Shown: positions 1 to 8,622 of the stretch, piece after piece | How positions within the stretch are numbered: the stretch's first letter is position 1 | How the letters are laid out: each line of letters starts with the position of its first letter | IMG/VR virus record: IMGVR_UViG_3300022697_000367 | Location: 1 to 38,835 of that record | DNA length: 38,835 nucleotides | Source of the DNA: a virus | Taxonomy: Duplodnaviria; Caudoviricetes | Strand: one strand, 5' to 3' | Translations under genes and position numbers: made by a program | Notes under the pieces: model-generated | Database searches by the model: none | Seen by the model: the letters and a program-made list of their open reading frames with translations, nothing else | What the model was told of the DNA's origin: nothing

Positions 1-1
1 T

Positions 2-173
2 TATAAGCTGTCAGTTAGTATGGGATATATGAAAAGGCGGGAAAAGCCGGGAAAAAGTGGTCTAAAGTGGGATATCTAAAGGGGTTTTGGGGTCAGGCGA
101 ATTTTTTTTATCCCAAAGTAAATGCAACTTGGAAATGGGTAAAACAGGGGTGTTTGTTGCAATTAGTTTGGGA
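2..173. repeat. Left end (attL) with transposase-binding sites
   Basis: Copies of consensus TCCCAAACTAAnTGCAAC: 8-25 (reverse, degenerate), 111-128 (forward, tcccaaagtaaatgcaac), 156-173 (reverse, gttgcaattagtttggga); begins TATAA at 2-6. Confidence 0.85.
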
Positions 174-178
174 TATTT

Positions 179-742
179 TTATGGGCTGAAAGCACCTTTC
201 TCGGTGCGAACGGCATTTTTTACAGTTTCAGCCAAAATCCAGCCCTCAGCGTATATTTGTCCATCATCAAGGTACGCAAAAACTTTGGTCCAGATTCCAA
301 AAAACAAACCAGACCGGTCGATAATTTCCAATCTTGAGCCTGGAATGTTGACGGCGGAAAGGTTTCGCATAAGCTGGGCTTGATTTGCGGGAGACTCGGG
401 CCTTTTTAAAATGACGATGTGTTCATCATTGATGACCCAGTAATCCCCACTGAATGCGAGACTAAAATTAGTTTCGACTTTTTCTGCTTTTTCGGTTTTT
501 TCTACTTGTGGGGAATCTGTTGAAGAAAAAATGCCAGTAGCAAGGAGAAGAATGAAAAGTACAACAAGAGAGCCAAAAAAACAAATTAAAGAACGGTAAC
601 CTGATTGGGCCTTGGGCAGTGGCGACTCGCCGAAATACGCATCGGCTTTAGGATCGGAGGGGAAAGAGTGGCCGCATTTTGGACAGGTTTTGGAGTTATT
701 GGAAACAATATTTTCGCATTCGGAGCAATATATCAATGTCAT
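179..742 (-). CDS. Zinc-ribbon plus single-TM membrane protein (possible lysogen-expressed accessory gene)
   Basis: N-terminal CxxC...CxxC, hydrophobic segment LICFFGSLVVLFILLLATGIF; directly downstream of and co-oriented with the repressor. Confidence 0.8.
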   Translation of the reverse strand: MTLIYCSECENIVSNNSKTCPKCGHSFPSDPKADAYFGESPLPKAQSGYRSLICFFGSLVVLFILLLATGIFSSTDSPQVEKTEKAEKVETNFSLAFSGDYWVINDEHIVILKRPESPANQAQLMRNLSAVNIPGSRLEIIDRSGLFFGIWTKVFAYLDDGQIYAEGWILAETVKNAVRTEKGAFSP

Positions 743-757
743 GATTTAACTTCTGCG

Positions 758-1438
758 TTAAATTTGCCTGCCAAACCAGACGACGCGCCCAACGACTTCC
801 AATAACCCAAGTTGGTCGGGGCCGATAGTAAATTTTTGATAAGCCGGGTTATCGCTTTTAACTACCAGTTCCCGGCCCATCATCCTCTGGATCCGCTTAA
901 TTTGAAGCGTGAATTCATTCTTGATGCAGTAGATACCATCGTCCCGGACCTCATTGACCGCCGTATTTAACAGCAAAAGATCATCTTCATGGATAGTGGG
1001 TTCCATCGAATCTCCGACAGCGGTGATCAGCACCAAGTCTTTAGGATCCGCGCCCAGCTTATTTTTTACCCATTCCCTCTTGAAGGCCAGGTGGTCAACG
1101 ACCATTTCATTTTCGGCAATGGCCCCGTGTCCGGCGCTGGCCTGGATATTGTATTTCGGAACGTAGAAATATTCATCCCGAGATTTAATCCCATTATAAG
1201 TAGGACTCTCTTCAGAAACACCACCTTCCCGCCGCATAGGGCCTTCGCCGGTCAGAATCCAATCCATTGAAAGTCCGTAGTTTAAGGCTATTTTTACAGC
1301 CCAATCAGAAGGGAAAGTTTTTCTCTGTTTTGCGCCTGTGATGCTGGCGTCCCTAATTCCCAGAGAGTAAGCAAGCGAACTCTGCGTTTTAATATCGGTG
1401 CTTTTTCTAATTCTTTCCCAACAAGATTCAAAATCCAT
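758..1438 (-). CDS. Phage CI-like repressor (HTH plus S24 autopeptidase)
   Basis: N-terminal CI-type HTH ending WILTGEG; S24 motifs GDSMEP (Ser) and IKR (Lys), C-terminal VVGRVVW. Confidence 0.95.
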   Translation of the reverse strand: MDFESCWERIRKSTDIKTQSSLAYSLGIRDASITGAKQRKTFPSDWAVKIALNYGLSMDWILTGEGPMRREGGVSEESPTYNGIKSRDEYFYVPKYNIQASAGHGAIAENEMVVDHLAFKREWVKNKLGADPKDLVLITAVGDSMEPTIHEDDLLLLNTAVNEVRDDGIYCIKNEFTLQIKRIQRMMGRELVVKSDNPAYQKFTIGPDQLGLLEVVGRVVWFGRQI

Positions 1439-1533
1439 AGATTTTTACTTTAAAATTTAAATTTTTAATTTAAAGGTAAATTTAAAGGAATTCTCGTTAC
1501 TATTAAACTCAATAAATATAATAACTTACACGA

Positions 1534-1563
1534 TTTAAGTAAAATATTTTACTTAAAGGTAAA
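1534..1563. promoter_or_regulatory. Probable operator region
   Basis: Perfect 24-bp palindrome tttaagtaaaatattttacttaaa (1534-1557) overlapping dyad tttac-N6-gtaaa (1548-1563), just upstream of the early -35. Confidence 0.6.
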
Positions 1564-1570
1564 TATTCTG

Positions 1571-1599
1571 TTGACAATAATTTACGGTTTAACTAAAAT
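1571..1599 (+). promoter_or_regulatory. Early lytic promoter (Pe-like)
   Basis: TTGACA (1571-1576), 17 bp, TAAAAT (1594-1599). Confidence 0.85.
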
Positions 1600-1639
1600 A
1601 ATTGTCAGTAACAAGTACTTGTTATGTTTGGTTGCTTGC

Positions 1640-1668
1640 AGATTATAGGAAAACCGCAAACCGTTCAA
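1640..1668 (-). promoter_or_regulatory. Probable repressor promoter (Pc-like), facing Pe
   Basis: Minus strand TTGAAC (1668-1663), 17 bp, TAATCT (1645-1640); an overlapping TATAAT at 1647-1642. Confidence 0.55.
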
Positions 1669-1719
1669 TATCTATTTTATCGGTTCTCCTGACATAAAAC
1701 CTCGTAAATCAGGACTTCA

Positions 1720-2139
1720 ATGTCAGATCAACTCAACCTTTTCAACCGCACCTCACTAAACCCGGTTTCACGGGTTAAGGAAGCCATGCGTCAAGCCATA
1801 AAAAGTAGCGAGCTTTCGCGGGAGCAGGTGGTTGATCGGATGAACGAACTGGCACGGGTCGAGGGAATTACCACGGGCAGACGGGCCAAGGCAATCTCTA
1901 TCGATACGATGGAAAAATGGTTATCGCACAGTGCCGAGCATCTCATCCCCTGGAAGCTCCTGCCTATTTTCTGTCACGTCGTTAATTCAATTTCCCCCTT
2001 CAAACCTCTCCTGGCCGCGCTGGGTGCAAGCGTGATCGATAAAAAAGAGTGGCTGATGCTGGAATGGGCCAAGGCGGAAAAAGAGAAGCGGGCAATCCGA
2101 AGAAAACAAAAACTTCTCGAAGGAAAAATGGATTTATGA
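1720..2139 (+). CDS. Early regulatory protein (CII-like HTH)
   Basis: First gene after Pe; helical, basic; typical position and size in Mu-like prophages. Confidence 0.7.
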   Translation: MSDQLNLFNRTSLNPVSRVKEAMRQAIKSSELSREQVVDRMNELARVEGITTGRRAKAISIDTMEKWLSHSAEHLIPWKLLPIFCHVVNSISPFKPLLAALGASVIDKKEWLMLEWAKAEKEKRAIRRKQKLLEGKMDL

Positions 2140-2360
2140 AGCGAAAAAATAAAATCCCGTCCAAGCCGGAAAGAAAATCTCTTGAGATTCAGTTCTGGTT
2201 AAAAAAGCGCCTGATTTCCCAGAGGTACCTGGCTAAAAAAATAGGGGTTCACGAAAGCATTGTTTCCCTGGCTATCGCAGGAAAAGGAAACAGCCGACGT
2301 GTGCTCGAACGCTTGAAGAAAATCGGCGTGCCGCAAAAATATTTAGGAATTAAAAAATGA
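2136..2360 (+). CDS. Ner/Cro-like HTH regulator
   Basis: SQRYLAKKIGVHESIVSLAIAG HTH; ATGA overlaps with both neighbours; start moved to ATG 2136. Confidence 0.8.
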   Translation: MKRKNKIPSKPERKSLEIQFWLKKRLISQRYLAKKIGVHESIVSLAIAGKGNSRRVLERLKKIGVPQKYLGIKK

Positions 2361-4522
2361 CCACAATCCCGGAAAAGCTCACGGCGGCGCAAATTGCTGA
2401 GACCCTGAAAATCTCCATACAAGGGGTTCACTGGAAAGCTAAGAAGGATCTATGGGGATTTACTACTGAAAAATCACCAGGGCCTGGCGGAAAAAAACGC
2501 CTCTACCCCTTCTCCTCCCTGCCGCCGACGATTCAGATCGCGATTCAAAAACATTACGCACCGGAACCGGTACCGCCAGTGACCGGGCATTTGCCTCTCC
2601 CCGCCGAAATAACCGGGCTCCCAACATCCCGGCCCTTCGCGGCGGTGGAGGGGCGTCTCCCTCAATACGCAGACACCATCGCCCGCGCCCGAGCCGATCT
2701 CGTGGCTCAATATCTTAAAGCCAAAGAAACCGGTAAATCGAAAAAACAAAAGAGCGCGGATATCGTCAGAAACTTTCTAGCCGCTTTCAACTCCGGCGTA
2801 ACCTTCCCCCAACTGTATCAGCCTTTGAGCACGGTATCCCGATCAACTCTGGAACGCTGGCGTAAAGACCTGGAAGAAGCCGACTACGACTACCACGTGC
2901 TCGCGCCTAAATGGGGCAAGCATCGGAGCGGAATCACAAAACTTACCGAACGTGAATCGCGGATCTTGTTCAGCCAGGTCTTTCACCAGCACCGCGTGAA
3001 AACCGGAACCGCGATCACCGTCACAAAATACATTCTTGAGTTGGACGGGTTGCCATCGCCCTCCAGCCCAGCCACCATGCGTCGCGCCATCGATCAGTTT
3101 AAAAGACGCCATTTCGATTTATGGACCTTCTATAGGGAAGGTGAAAAAGCGCTTGTCGACAAGGTGCTCCCATATATAGAGCGCGATGATTCACTGATCG
3201 ATGTGGGCGACGTATTGGTGGCTGATGGTCACCGCTGTAATTTCCGCGTGAAAAATCCGTGGACCGGCAAGCCCTGCCGCCCGATGCTGGTCGGTTTCTA
3301 CGATTGGAAATCGCGGGTCCTTGTCGGCTGGGCAATATCCCTGGAAGAAAATACCCAACTCATCACCTCCGCATTACGCAACGCTATCATTCGCCTGGGT
3401 AAAATTCCAAAGATCGTCCTGCTCGACAACGGCGCGGCCTTCAAATCAAAAGTATTCACGGGAGATATCGACCTGGAACAAAGCGGCATTCGCGGCATGT
3501 TCGCCCGCCTCGATATCAAGACCGTTTTCGCCTGGCCCTACAACGCACGGTCGAAGCCAATAGAAAGATTCTTCGGCGATTTCAGCAATCAGTTTGAACG
3601 CTACATGCCGTCCTTTTCAGGGGCTTCCATAGCAGACAAACCCGCCTCCCTGATGCGCAACGAAAAGCTGATGCAAGCCTTTTACAAAGAGAACGTCATG
3701 GAGATTCCGCAGGTCTTAGCGGCTTTGGAAAAGTGGTGGGACTTTCACGCATGGACCCAGCACCCGACGTTGAAGGGCCAGCAAAAGGGCGAGGTGTTTC
3801 AAGCGGGGCGCGGACCCGGCGTAGACGTAGGAAAACTAAACGAACTCATGATGGATAGAAGGATCAAGCGGCTCACTCAAAACGGAGTTAGTTTTCTCAA
3901 CGGCTATTACTTTCATGAAGCCCTCTACGGCCTGCGCGAACAAGTTGAAATTCGGTACGACTTTTCCGACATTTCATTAATTCACGTCTATGCGAAAAAT
4001 GGCGATTACATTTGCCGCGCCGACCGCAAGGACAGCGTTCATCCGATGGCGGCTTTACTGGGGAAAGCCAAAGATGAGGAAGAACTTAAATATCAAATTG
4101 GTCAGCATCGATCCCTGAAAAAACAAACCACAAAACTCGCACGGCAAGCCTTGAAAACCACGGGAGATATGAACATCATCGACTCCCTGCCGTGGGACAA
4201 GTTGGTCCCGCTCTCGCCTAGACTTCCAGAAAAAATCGAACAGATAGAAGCCGAGTTCACCGGACCCAAAGCGATGGCGGCCGTGCCGATCATCGAAGCG
4301 GAAAGCTTTGCTGAATTGCCGGAACCGGAAACCCAACAAACCAAGGCCGAGGTGATTCCCCTCTTTGCCACCGATGTTGATTATTACAGCCACCTGGCAT
4401 CCCTTGCCCAGCCGCTCAGTGAATCGGATATCCGGTTTTTGGAACAGTTTTACAAGACCGAAACAGGGAAAACATTTTTGGAAATGGATGGTCCTTTAAA
4501 AACCGCCACGGGAGGAGAGTGA
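2357..4522 (+). CDS. MuA-like DDE transposase
   Basis: N-terminal Mu DNA-binding domain; catalytic motifs VADGH, LLDNG, SKPIER; C-terminal V.IRYD.SDIS.I.VY domain. Confidence 0.96.
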   Translation: MTTIPEKLTAAQIAETLKISIQGVHWKAKKDLWGFTTEKSPGPGGKKRLYPFSSLPPTIQIAIQKHYAPEPVPPVTGHLPLPAEITGLPTSRPFAAVEGRLPQYADTIARARADLVAQYLKAKETGKSKKQKSADIVRNFLAAFNSGVTFPQLYQPLSTVSRSTLERWRKDLEEADYDYHVLAPKWGKHRSGITKLTERESRILFSQVFHQHRVKTGTAITVTKYILELDGLPSPSSPATMRRAIDQFKRRHFDLWTFYREGEKALVDKVLPYIERDDSLIDVGDVLVADGHRCNFRVKNPWTGKPCRPMLVGFYDWKSRVLVGWAISLEENTQLITSALRNAIIRLGKIPKIVLLDNGAAFKSKVFTGDIDLEQSGIRGMFARLDIKTVFAWPYNARSKPIERFFGDFSNQFERYMPSFSGASIADKPASLMRNEKLMQAFYKENVMEIPQVLAALEKWWDFHAWTQHPTLKGQQKGEVFQAGRGPGVDVGKLNELMMDRRIKRLTQNGVSFLNGYYFHEALYGLREQVEIRYDFSDISLIHVYAKNGDYICRADRKDSVHPMAALLGKAKDEEELKYQIGQHRSLKKQTTKLARQALKTTGDMNIIDSLPWDKLVPLSPRLPEKIEQIEAEFTGPKAMAAVPIIEAESFAELPEPETQQTKAEVIPLFATDVDYYSHLASLAQPLSESDIRFLEQFYKTETGKTFLEMDGPLKTATGGE

Positions 4523-4890
4523 TTATGTTTAGAGACCCAGTTAAATATATCTTTATTGCGCTGGCCCTTAAAGCGGTAACGATCCTATTTCTTATTTTTA
4601 ATGTCGAAGCGCGAGGTGAGGAACCCATCCTCATTTCCGTGCCGGAACAAGCCCATCAAATCGAAGTTAAACCCCTTTTAAACGGTCTTATTCAGATCGC
4701 ATACGACACCGATCAAAACGGCATCGCCGATCAATTCACCGTAACCCGGCAGGAAAGTATCCATCCATTGTTTTACGCACGGGACGCTAACGAGGATGGT
4801 AGTTGGGAAATAGTTTTTAAGGATATCTCGGAAGACGGGATCAATGGCAACGAAGAAGAGTATTTAAGAATTTTACCAGCGGGAAAATAA
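4519..4890 (+). CDS. Putative exported acidic protein with DxDxDG-like loops
   Basis: Hydrophobic N-terminus ending VEA; DTDQNG, DANEDG, SEDG motifs; GTGA overlap with transposase stop and GGAGG RBS. Confidence 0.7.
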   Translation: MIMFRDPVKYIFIALALKAVTILFLIFNVEARGEEPILISVPEQAHQIEVKPLLNGLIQIAYDTDQNGIADQFTVTRQESIHPLFYARDANEDGSWEIVFKDISEDGINGNEEEYLRILPAGK

Positions 4891-4893
4891 AAA

Positions 4894-4922
4894 GGCCGGC
4901 GTCGCTGTAACGACAACCGGCC
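4894..4922. terminator. Hairpin before MuB (minus-strand terminator or regulatory stem)
   Basis: ggccgg..gtcg-ctgtaa-cgac..ccggcc preceded by an A-run. Confidence 0.45.
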
Positions 4923-4955
4923 CGATATACAAAAACCACAAACGGAGCCTACCAT

Positions 4956-5669
4956 ATGAATACTAATGTCGTCAAAACCAAGAACGTGCAAGCGTTCTTT
5001 TCCGGACTCGAAATCCTAAAAAAAGGCGTCAAGGGCCGAATGGGAATGATGCTGATTTTCGGTCCGCCAGGAACAGGGAAAACCTTCATCACCCAAAAGC
5101 AGGCGATGGAAGACGACACCGTCTACGTCCGTTGCCGGTACATCGATAAACCCAAAAGCCTTTTGCACTCCATCGTTGCGGAACTGGGTGAAGAGCCGCG
5201 AGGTTTTACGTCCAACCTATTTAACCAGGCCCTGGAACAGTTGATGATGCATCCGCGCACCTTGATTCTTGATGAAGCCGACTACATGGTGCAAGCGGGA
5301 ACCATCGAAATCATCCGCGATCTGAACGATATGGCTAATACCCCGATCATTATTTCAGGAATGGGAAATATCGACAAAAAGCTACAGCGGTTCCCCCATC
5401 TTGTGGATCGCATCCGCGCCATTGTGCAATTCAAACTGTTTGACCTGGCAGAAATCAAGATGCTGGGCAAGCAGGTCTGCGAGGTAGAGATCGACGACAA
5501 AGGTTATGAATACATCGCAAAGATTGGGCAAGGAAAGTTCCGCGTCACAAACGATCTTTTTGATCTGGCTGAACGCTTGCAGAAGCGGACTCCTCAAATC
5601 AAGGTGCTCAGCGTCGACCACCTGGCTCCCGCCTGGGAAAAAGAAAAGCAACGGGAGCGGCGATCATGA
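4956..5669 (+). CDS. MuB-like AAA+ transposition ATPase
   Basis: Walker A GPPGTGKT, Walker B LILDEAD, IRDL.D motif; follows transposase. Confidence 0.93.
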   Translation: MNTNVVKTKNVQAFFSGLEILKKGVKGRMGMMLIFGPPGTGKTFITQKQAMEDDTVYVRCRYIDKPKSLLHSIVAELGEEPRGFTSNLFNQALEQLMMHPRTLILDEADYMVQAGTIEIIRDLNDMANTPIIISGMGNIDKKLQRFPHLVDRIRAIVQFKLFDLAEIKMLGKQVCEVEIDDKGYEYIAKIGQGKFRVTNDLFDLAERLQKRTPQIKVLSVDHLAPAWEKEKQRERRS

Positions 5670-6190
5670 GCAAACCTTCAGGAAATTTAAAGCCAGTCGT
5701 GGATTTTCTTTGCAGCACTCGAAAAATAAATATTACCGCCGAATTAGTTGCTGCGGAAACGGAACTCGCACAAAAATCTGTGCTCCGAATCATGCGCAAG
5801 TTGACCAAAGATGGTTATCTGTACTTAGTTGACCGTGGAATATTGCATGAGAATAAAAAGGGTGGAGTCCATCGAAAGAACCCAACCTGGAAGATCGTTG
5901 ATAAAAAATCCCTGCCCGCCGCATTAAAGCCAAAAAGAAAGAAAGGTATCCGAGACCAAATCTGGAAGGCCATCCGCATTAAAAGAATTTTCAATGTCAA
6001 TGAAATTATGAAACTTGCTGATGCAAAAGAATCCACGGCAATGAACTATATAAAAATCCTTGCGCGCAACAAATATGTGCGTAAGGCGGGCCAGCGGGCG
6101 CAACGGGAAGGGTGTCACTGGCAACTGATCCGCGATGACGGCCCCGAACGCCCTGCCCTTAAAGAGTATCCGGAGGTGACCAATGACTGA
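5666..6190 (+). CDS. Tandem winged-helix DNA-binding protein
   Basis: Two wHTH-like segments, QIWKAIR...F and W.L..D.GP..P motif typical of the gene after B in Mu-like phages. Confidence 0.75.
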   Translation: MSKPSGNLKPVVDFLCSTRKINITAELVAAETELAQKSVLRIMRKLTKDGYLYLVDRGILHENKKGGVHRKNPTWKIVDKKSLPAALKPKRKKGIRDQIWKAIRIKRIFNVNEIMKLADAKESTAMNYIKILARNKYVRKAGQRAQREGCHWQLIRDDGPERPALKEYPEVTND

Positions 6191-6506
6191 GACTTGGTTG
6201 AAACTTCTCAAACAAAACCTTCAGCAAAAAAGCGCTAAAAAAGTCAGCAAGGAAATCGGGTACTCGACGGCGACTATCAACCTCTGCATCAACAACAAAT
6301 ACAAAAAACCTGAAAAAGTTAAAGAGCGGGTCATGGCAATTTATGGCAATAACGGTAAGGTCCAGTGCCCGATCCTAAGTGAAATCACGCCGCAACAATG
6401 CGCGGATCATCACGACCGCGCTAAAAAAGTGGGTCTCCGCGTCGGCAACCCGGACACCATGCGGCTTCACAGATCCTGCCTTCAATGCCCCGTGAGAGGA
6501 GGTTAA
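6183..6506 (+). CDS. HTH plus Cys-cluster early protein
   Basis: KVSKEIGYSTATIN HTH; CPIL...C...CxxCP. Confidence 0.75.
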   Translation: MTETWLKLLKQNLQQKSAKKVSKEIGYSTATINLCINNKYKKPEKVKERVMAIYGNNGKVQCPILSEITPQQCADHHDRAKKVGLRVGNPDTMRLHRSCLQCPVRGG

Positions 6507-6508
6507 TC

Positions 6509-6673
6509 ATGATTGTTGCTGACAGCCTTCTGGAACGGTTTACCGGCGAGTACCTGCAAAAAAGCACAAATGAGTGGGGAATGACCCTTCAGGAATATAT
6601 AGATTTCAAAATGGAATGCGAACGGGAAGTCAACGAAACTTTATTAGAGGTGAATAATGGCGAAGAAAAATAA
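6509..6673 (+). CDS. Small acidic hypothetical protein
   Basis: GGAGG RBS, ATG 6509, fills the operon gap. Confidence 0.6.
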   Translation: MIVADSLLERFTGEYLQKSTNEWGMTLQEYIDFKMECEREVNETLLEVNNGEEK

Positions 6674-7208
6674 AGAGGAAATCATCAGTCTGGAAGAGGC
6701 CAAACAGGCAATGGGCGAAATCAATAAATACGACAATAAGCTCGCCAGGTATTACCTGCAGGAAGCCAATGCCGTCGCCAGTCTCCGGTCTCGGTACCAC
6801 ACAGGAGCCGTCAACGCGGAACGGCAGACGCTGGAAGGCCTTAAAAGGGAACGCGTGAAACAGCTTGAACAATTCGCCAAAAAGAATCGGAAGGAATGGG
6901 ACGGGAAAAGCGTGCAGACGCCCTTCGGAGCGTTCGGGTTTCGCAAAGGCCAGCCCTGCGTGGCGTTGATAAAAAAGGTTTGTAAAAACATGGAGGAAGC
7001 TCTGTCGAAAGTAAAGGACCTGCTTCCTGGTTACGTCAGGATGAAACAGGAAATTGATAAGGAACAAATTCTCATCCATTACAAATCATTAAACAGGGAA
7101 ACCCTTGCCGAATGCGGACTCAAGATCGACCAGAAAGAACCCTTTTTTGTGAAAACCTTGGCCACCGAAAAGCTGGAAGAAGCATCCAAGAAACTCAAAT
7201 CCGCCTGA
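6657..7208 (+). CDS. gam: Mu Gam-like host-nuclease inhibitor
   Basis: Coiled-coil N-half, KSVQTPFGAFGFRK, YVRMKQEIDKEQI, G..I.Q.E.FFV motifs. Confidence 0.85.
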   Translation: MAKKNKEEIISLEEAKQAMGEINKYDNKLARYYLQEANAVASLRSRYHTGAVNAERQTLEGLKRERVKQLEQFAKKNRKEWDGKSVQTPFGAFGFRKGQPCVALIKKVCKNMEEALSKVKDLLPGYVRMKQEIDKEQILIHYKSLNRETLAECGLKIDQKEPFFVKTLATEKLEEASKKLKSA

Positions 7209-7215
7209 TTCAAAA

Positions 7216-7250
7216 CTCCTCCCCTTGCCAAGGGGAGGCCGGGAAGGGTG
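7216..7250. repeat. BoxC/REP-like extragenic palindrome, copy 1
   Basis: cctcccctt-gcc-aaggggagg followed by G-rich tail ccgggaagggtg. Confidence 0.6.
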
Positions 7251-7263
7251 AAAGGAAAAATCC

Positions 7264-7452
7264 ATGCAGTGCAAACATTGCAAAGAAAACGATTTTGAAT
7301 ACCAAATTGAAGATTTTCAGGAAGGCATCGGCATGACCGTTATTGAGATTCAGATCCGTTGCCGTCCCTGCGGCGCGATGCATTTGAGAAAAATCCACTG
7401 GGCCGATTTCGACTGCGTCCCATTGCCTAAAAAAGAAATGGTTTTGCAATGA
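7264..7452 (+). CDS. Small zinc-ribbon protein
   Basis: CxxC...CxxC; AAGGA RBS; ATGA overlap with next gene. Confidence 0.7.
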   Translation: MQCKHCKENDFEYQIEDFQEGIGMTVIEIQIRCRPCGAMHLRKIHWADFDCVPLPKKEMVLQ

Positions 7453-7823
7453 ACAACGCTCGCCCCGATTATTCAAACATGACTATGTCCGAGAGAGAAG
7501 TCTGGGCAGTGCTTGGTTTGATTCATGGCAAAGCAAACGCTATCAGCCATAAAGACCTTGCGCACAAGACAAATAAACCAGAACGCAAAGTCCGCAGCAT
7601 CGTGGTGTCCCTGATCATCAAGCACAGGTTAGTCATTTGTTCATCATACGATAGAGAAAATGGCGGCTACTATCTTCCGGAAACAGGTGATGAGGTTCAA
7701 GAGACATGCAAAAAACTGCACGGCCATGCGCTCGGGATTTTATTCAGGGAAAGCGTTATAAAAAAAATCAGCCTTGCAGAATTGCTCAAACAATATCAGA
7801 AAGAGATTCCATTCAGTGATTAA
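7449..7823 (+). CDS. Winged-helix protein
   Basis: G..NAIS..DLA......ER.VR..V..L......ICS......GYY motif. Confidence 0.8.
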   Translation: MNNARPDYSNMTMSEREVWAVLGLIHGKANAISHKDLAHKTNKPERKVRSIVVSLIIKHRLVICSSYDRENGGYYLPETGDEVQETCKKLHGHALGILFRESVIKKISLAELLKQYQKEIPFSD

Positions 7824-7955
7824 TCAATTTTCCCCGGTCCTACCCCTTCGGGGCATGAAGGCAACGGAGAAGATATAACAGGGGCGGGGAGGTCCCGTCG
7901 CTTGCTCACAAAGGCTTTTGTTCCGGTAAAACAAACCGGATCGGGAATTTAAAAT

Positions 7956-7989
7956 CCCTCTCCCTCGGGGAGAGGGCTGGGTGAGGGTG
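7956..7989. repeat. BoxC/REP-like extragenic palindrome, copy 2
   Basis: ccctctccc-tcg-gggagaggg followed by ctgggtgagggtg. Confidence 0.6.
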
Positions 7990-7995
7990 GTTTAA

Positions 7996-8259
7996 ATGAA
8001 CTGTAAGAATTGCGGGTGCGAAAATTTCTTTTGGCGAAGCGAAATACTCCCAAACGACAATGACCCTCACGCCCTGGTATCTATCCATTGCTCCCTTTGC
8101 GACCGCATGTACCAAGCCTGTATTCCCCGGGAAAATTTCAAGCTCATGGAAAAGGGCAATCCAAAAGGTGAAGGCCCAAGACATCCGAAACAGGAAGAAC
8201 TGGTGTCCCCGGAAGAGGTTCGCGAATTTACAAATTCATTCCAAAAAAAACTGAAATGA
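7996..8259 (+). CDS. Zinc-ribbon protein
   Basis: CKNC...CSLC, same layout as 7264-7452. Confidence 0.7.
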   Translation: MNCKNCGCENFFWRSEILPNDNDPHALVSIHCSLCDRMYQACIPRENFKLMEKGNPKGEGPRHPKQEELVSPEEVREFTNSFQKKLK

Positions 8260-8351
8260 CCGGGAAAGAATTAAATATTGAACCGTAGAGAGCGCAGAGA
8301 AAACCTTATGCATTGCAATATTAAAAAGGATCCCCACCGGAGGGGGCTCCG

Positions 8352-8576
8352 GTGAACATATAATTCGGTTATACATGGCCCGCTTTTGTTGCCAAAAAAA
8401 AGATAGTTACTCGGCGGGACTGGAATGACTCCTACGCGAAAGGCTGCAAAGAGCATGTGGAGCACGTTGCGTACGACAAACAGGCCCGGTTTGGCGGCAA
8501 GCCTATCGGTATCTTCACGCTCAGTGAACCGGTGGTGAAGCAAAGCACACTCGAAATGCCGTTGTCAGTTTATTGA
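8352..8576 (+). pseudogene. ASCH/PUA-like gene with premature stop, truncated
   Basis: Manual translation from GTG 8352: MNI*FGYTWPAFVAKKKIVTRRDW...AYDKQARFGGKPIGIFTL...MP; TAA at 8361-8363; not in the ORF track. Confidence 0.7.
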
Positions 8577-8622
8577 ATTTTTAAGGAAGCTATCGAGCGG
8601 CTGGAAAAGTTAAAGGAGGAAT

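Noticed and set aside
87-383. Plus-strand 98-aa ORF
   Set aside because: Overlaps end sites and lies antisense to the better-supported 179-742 gene
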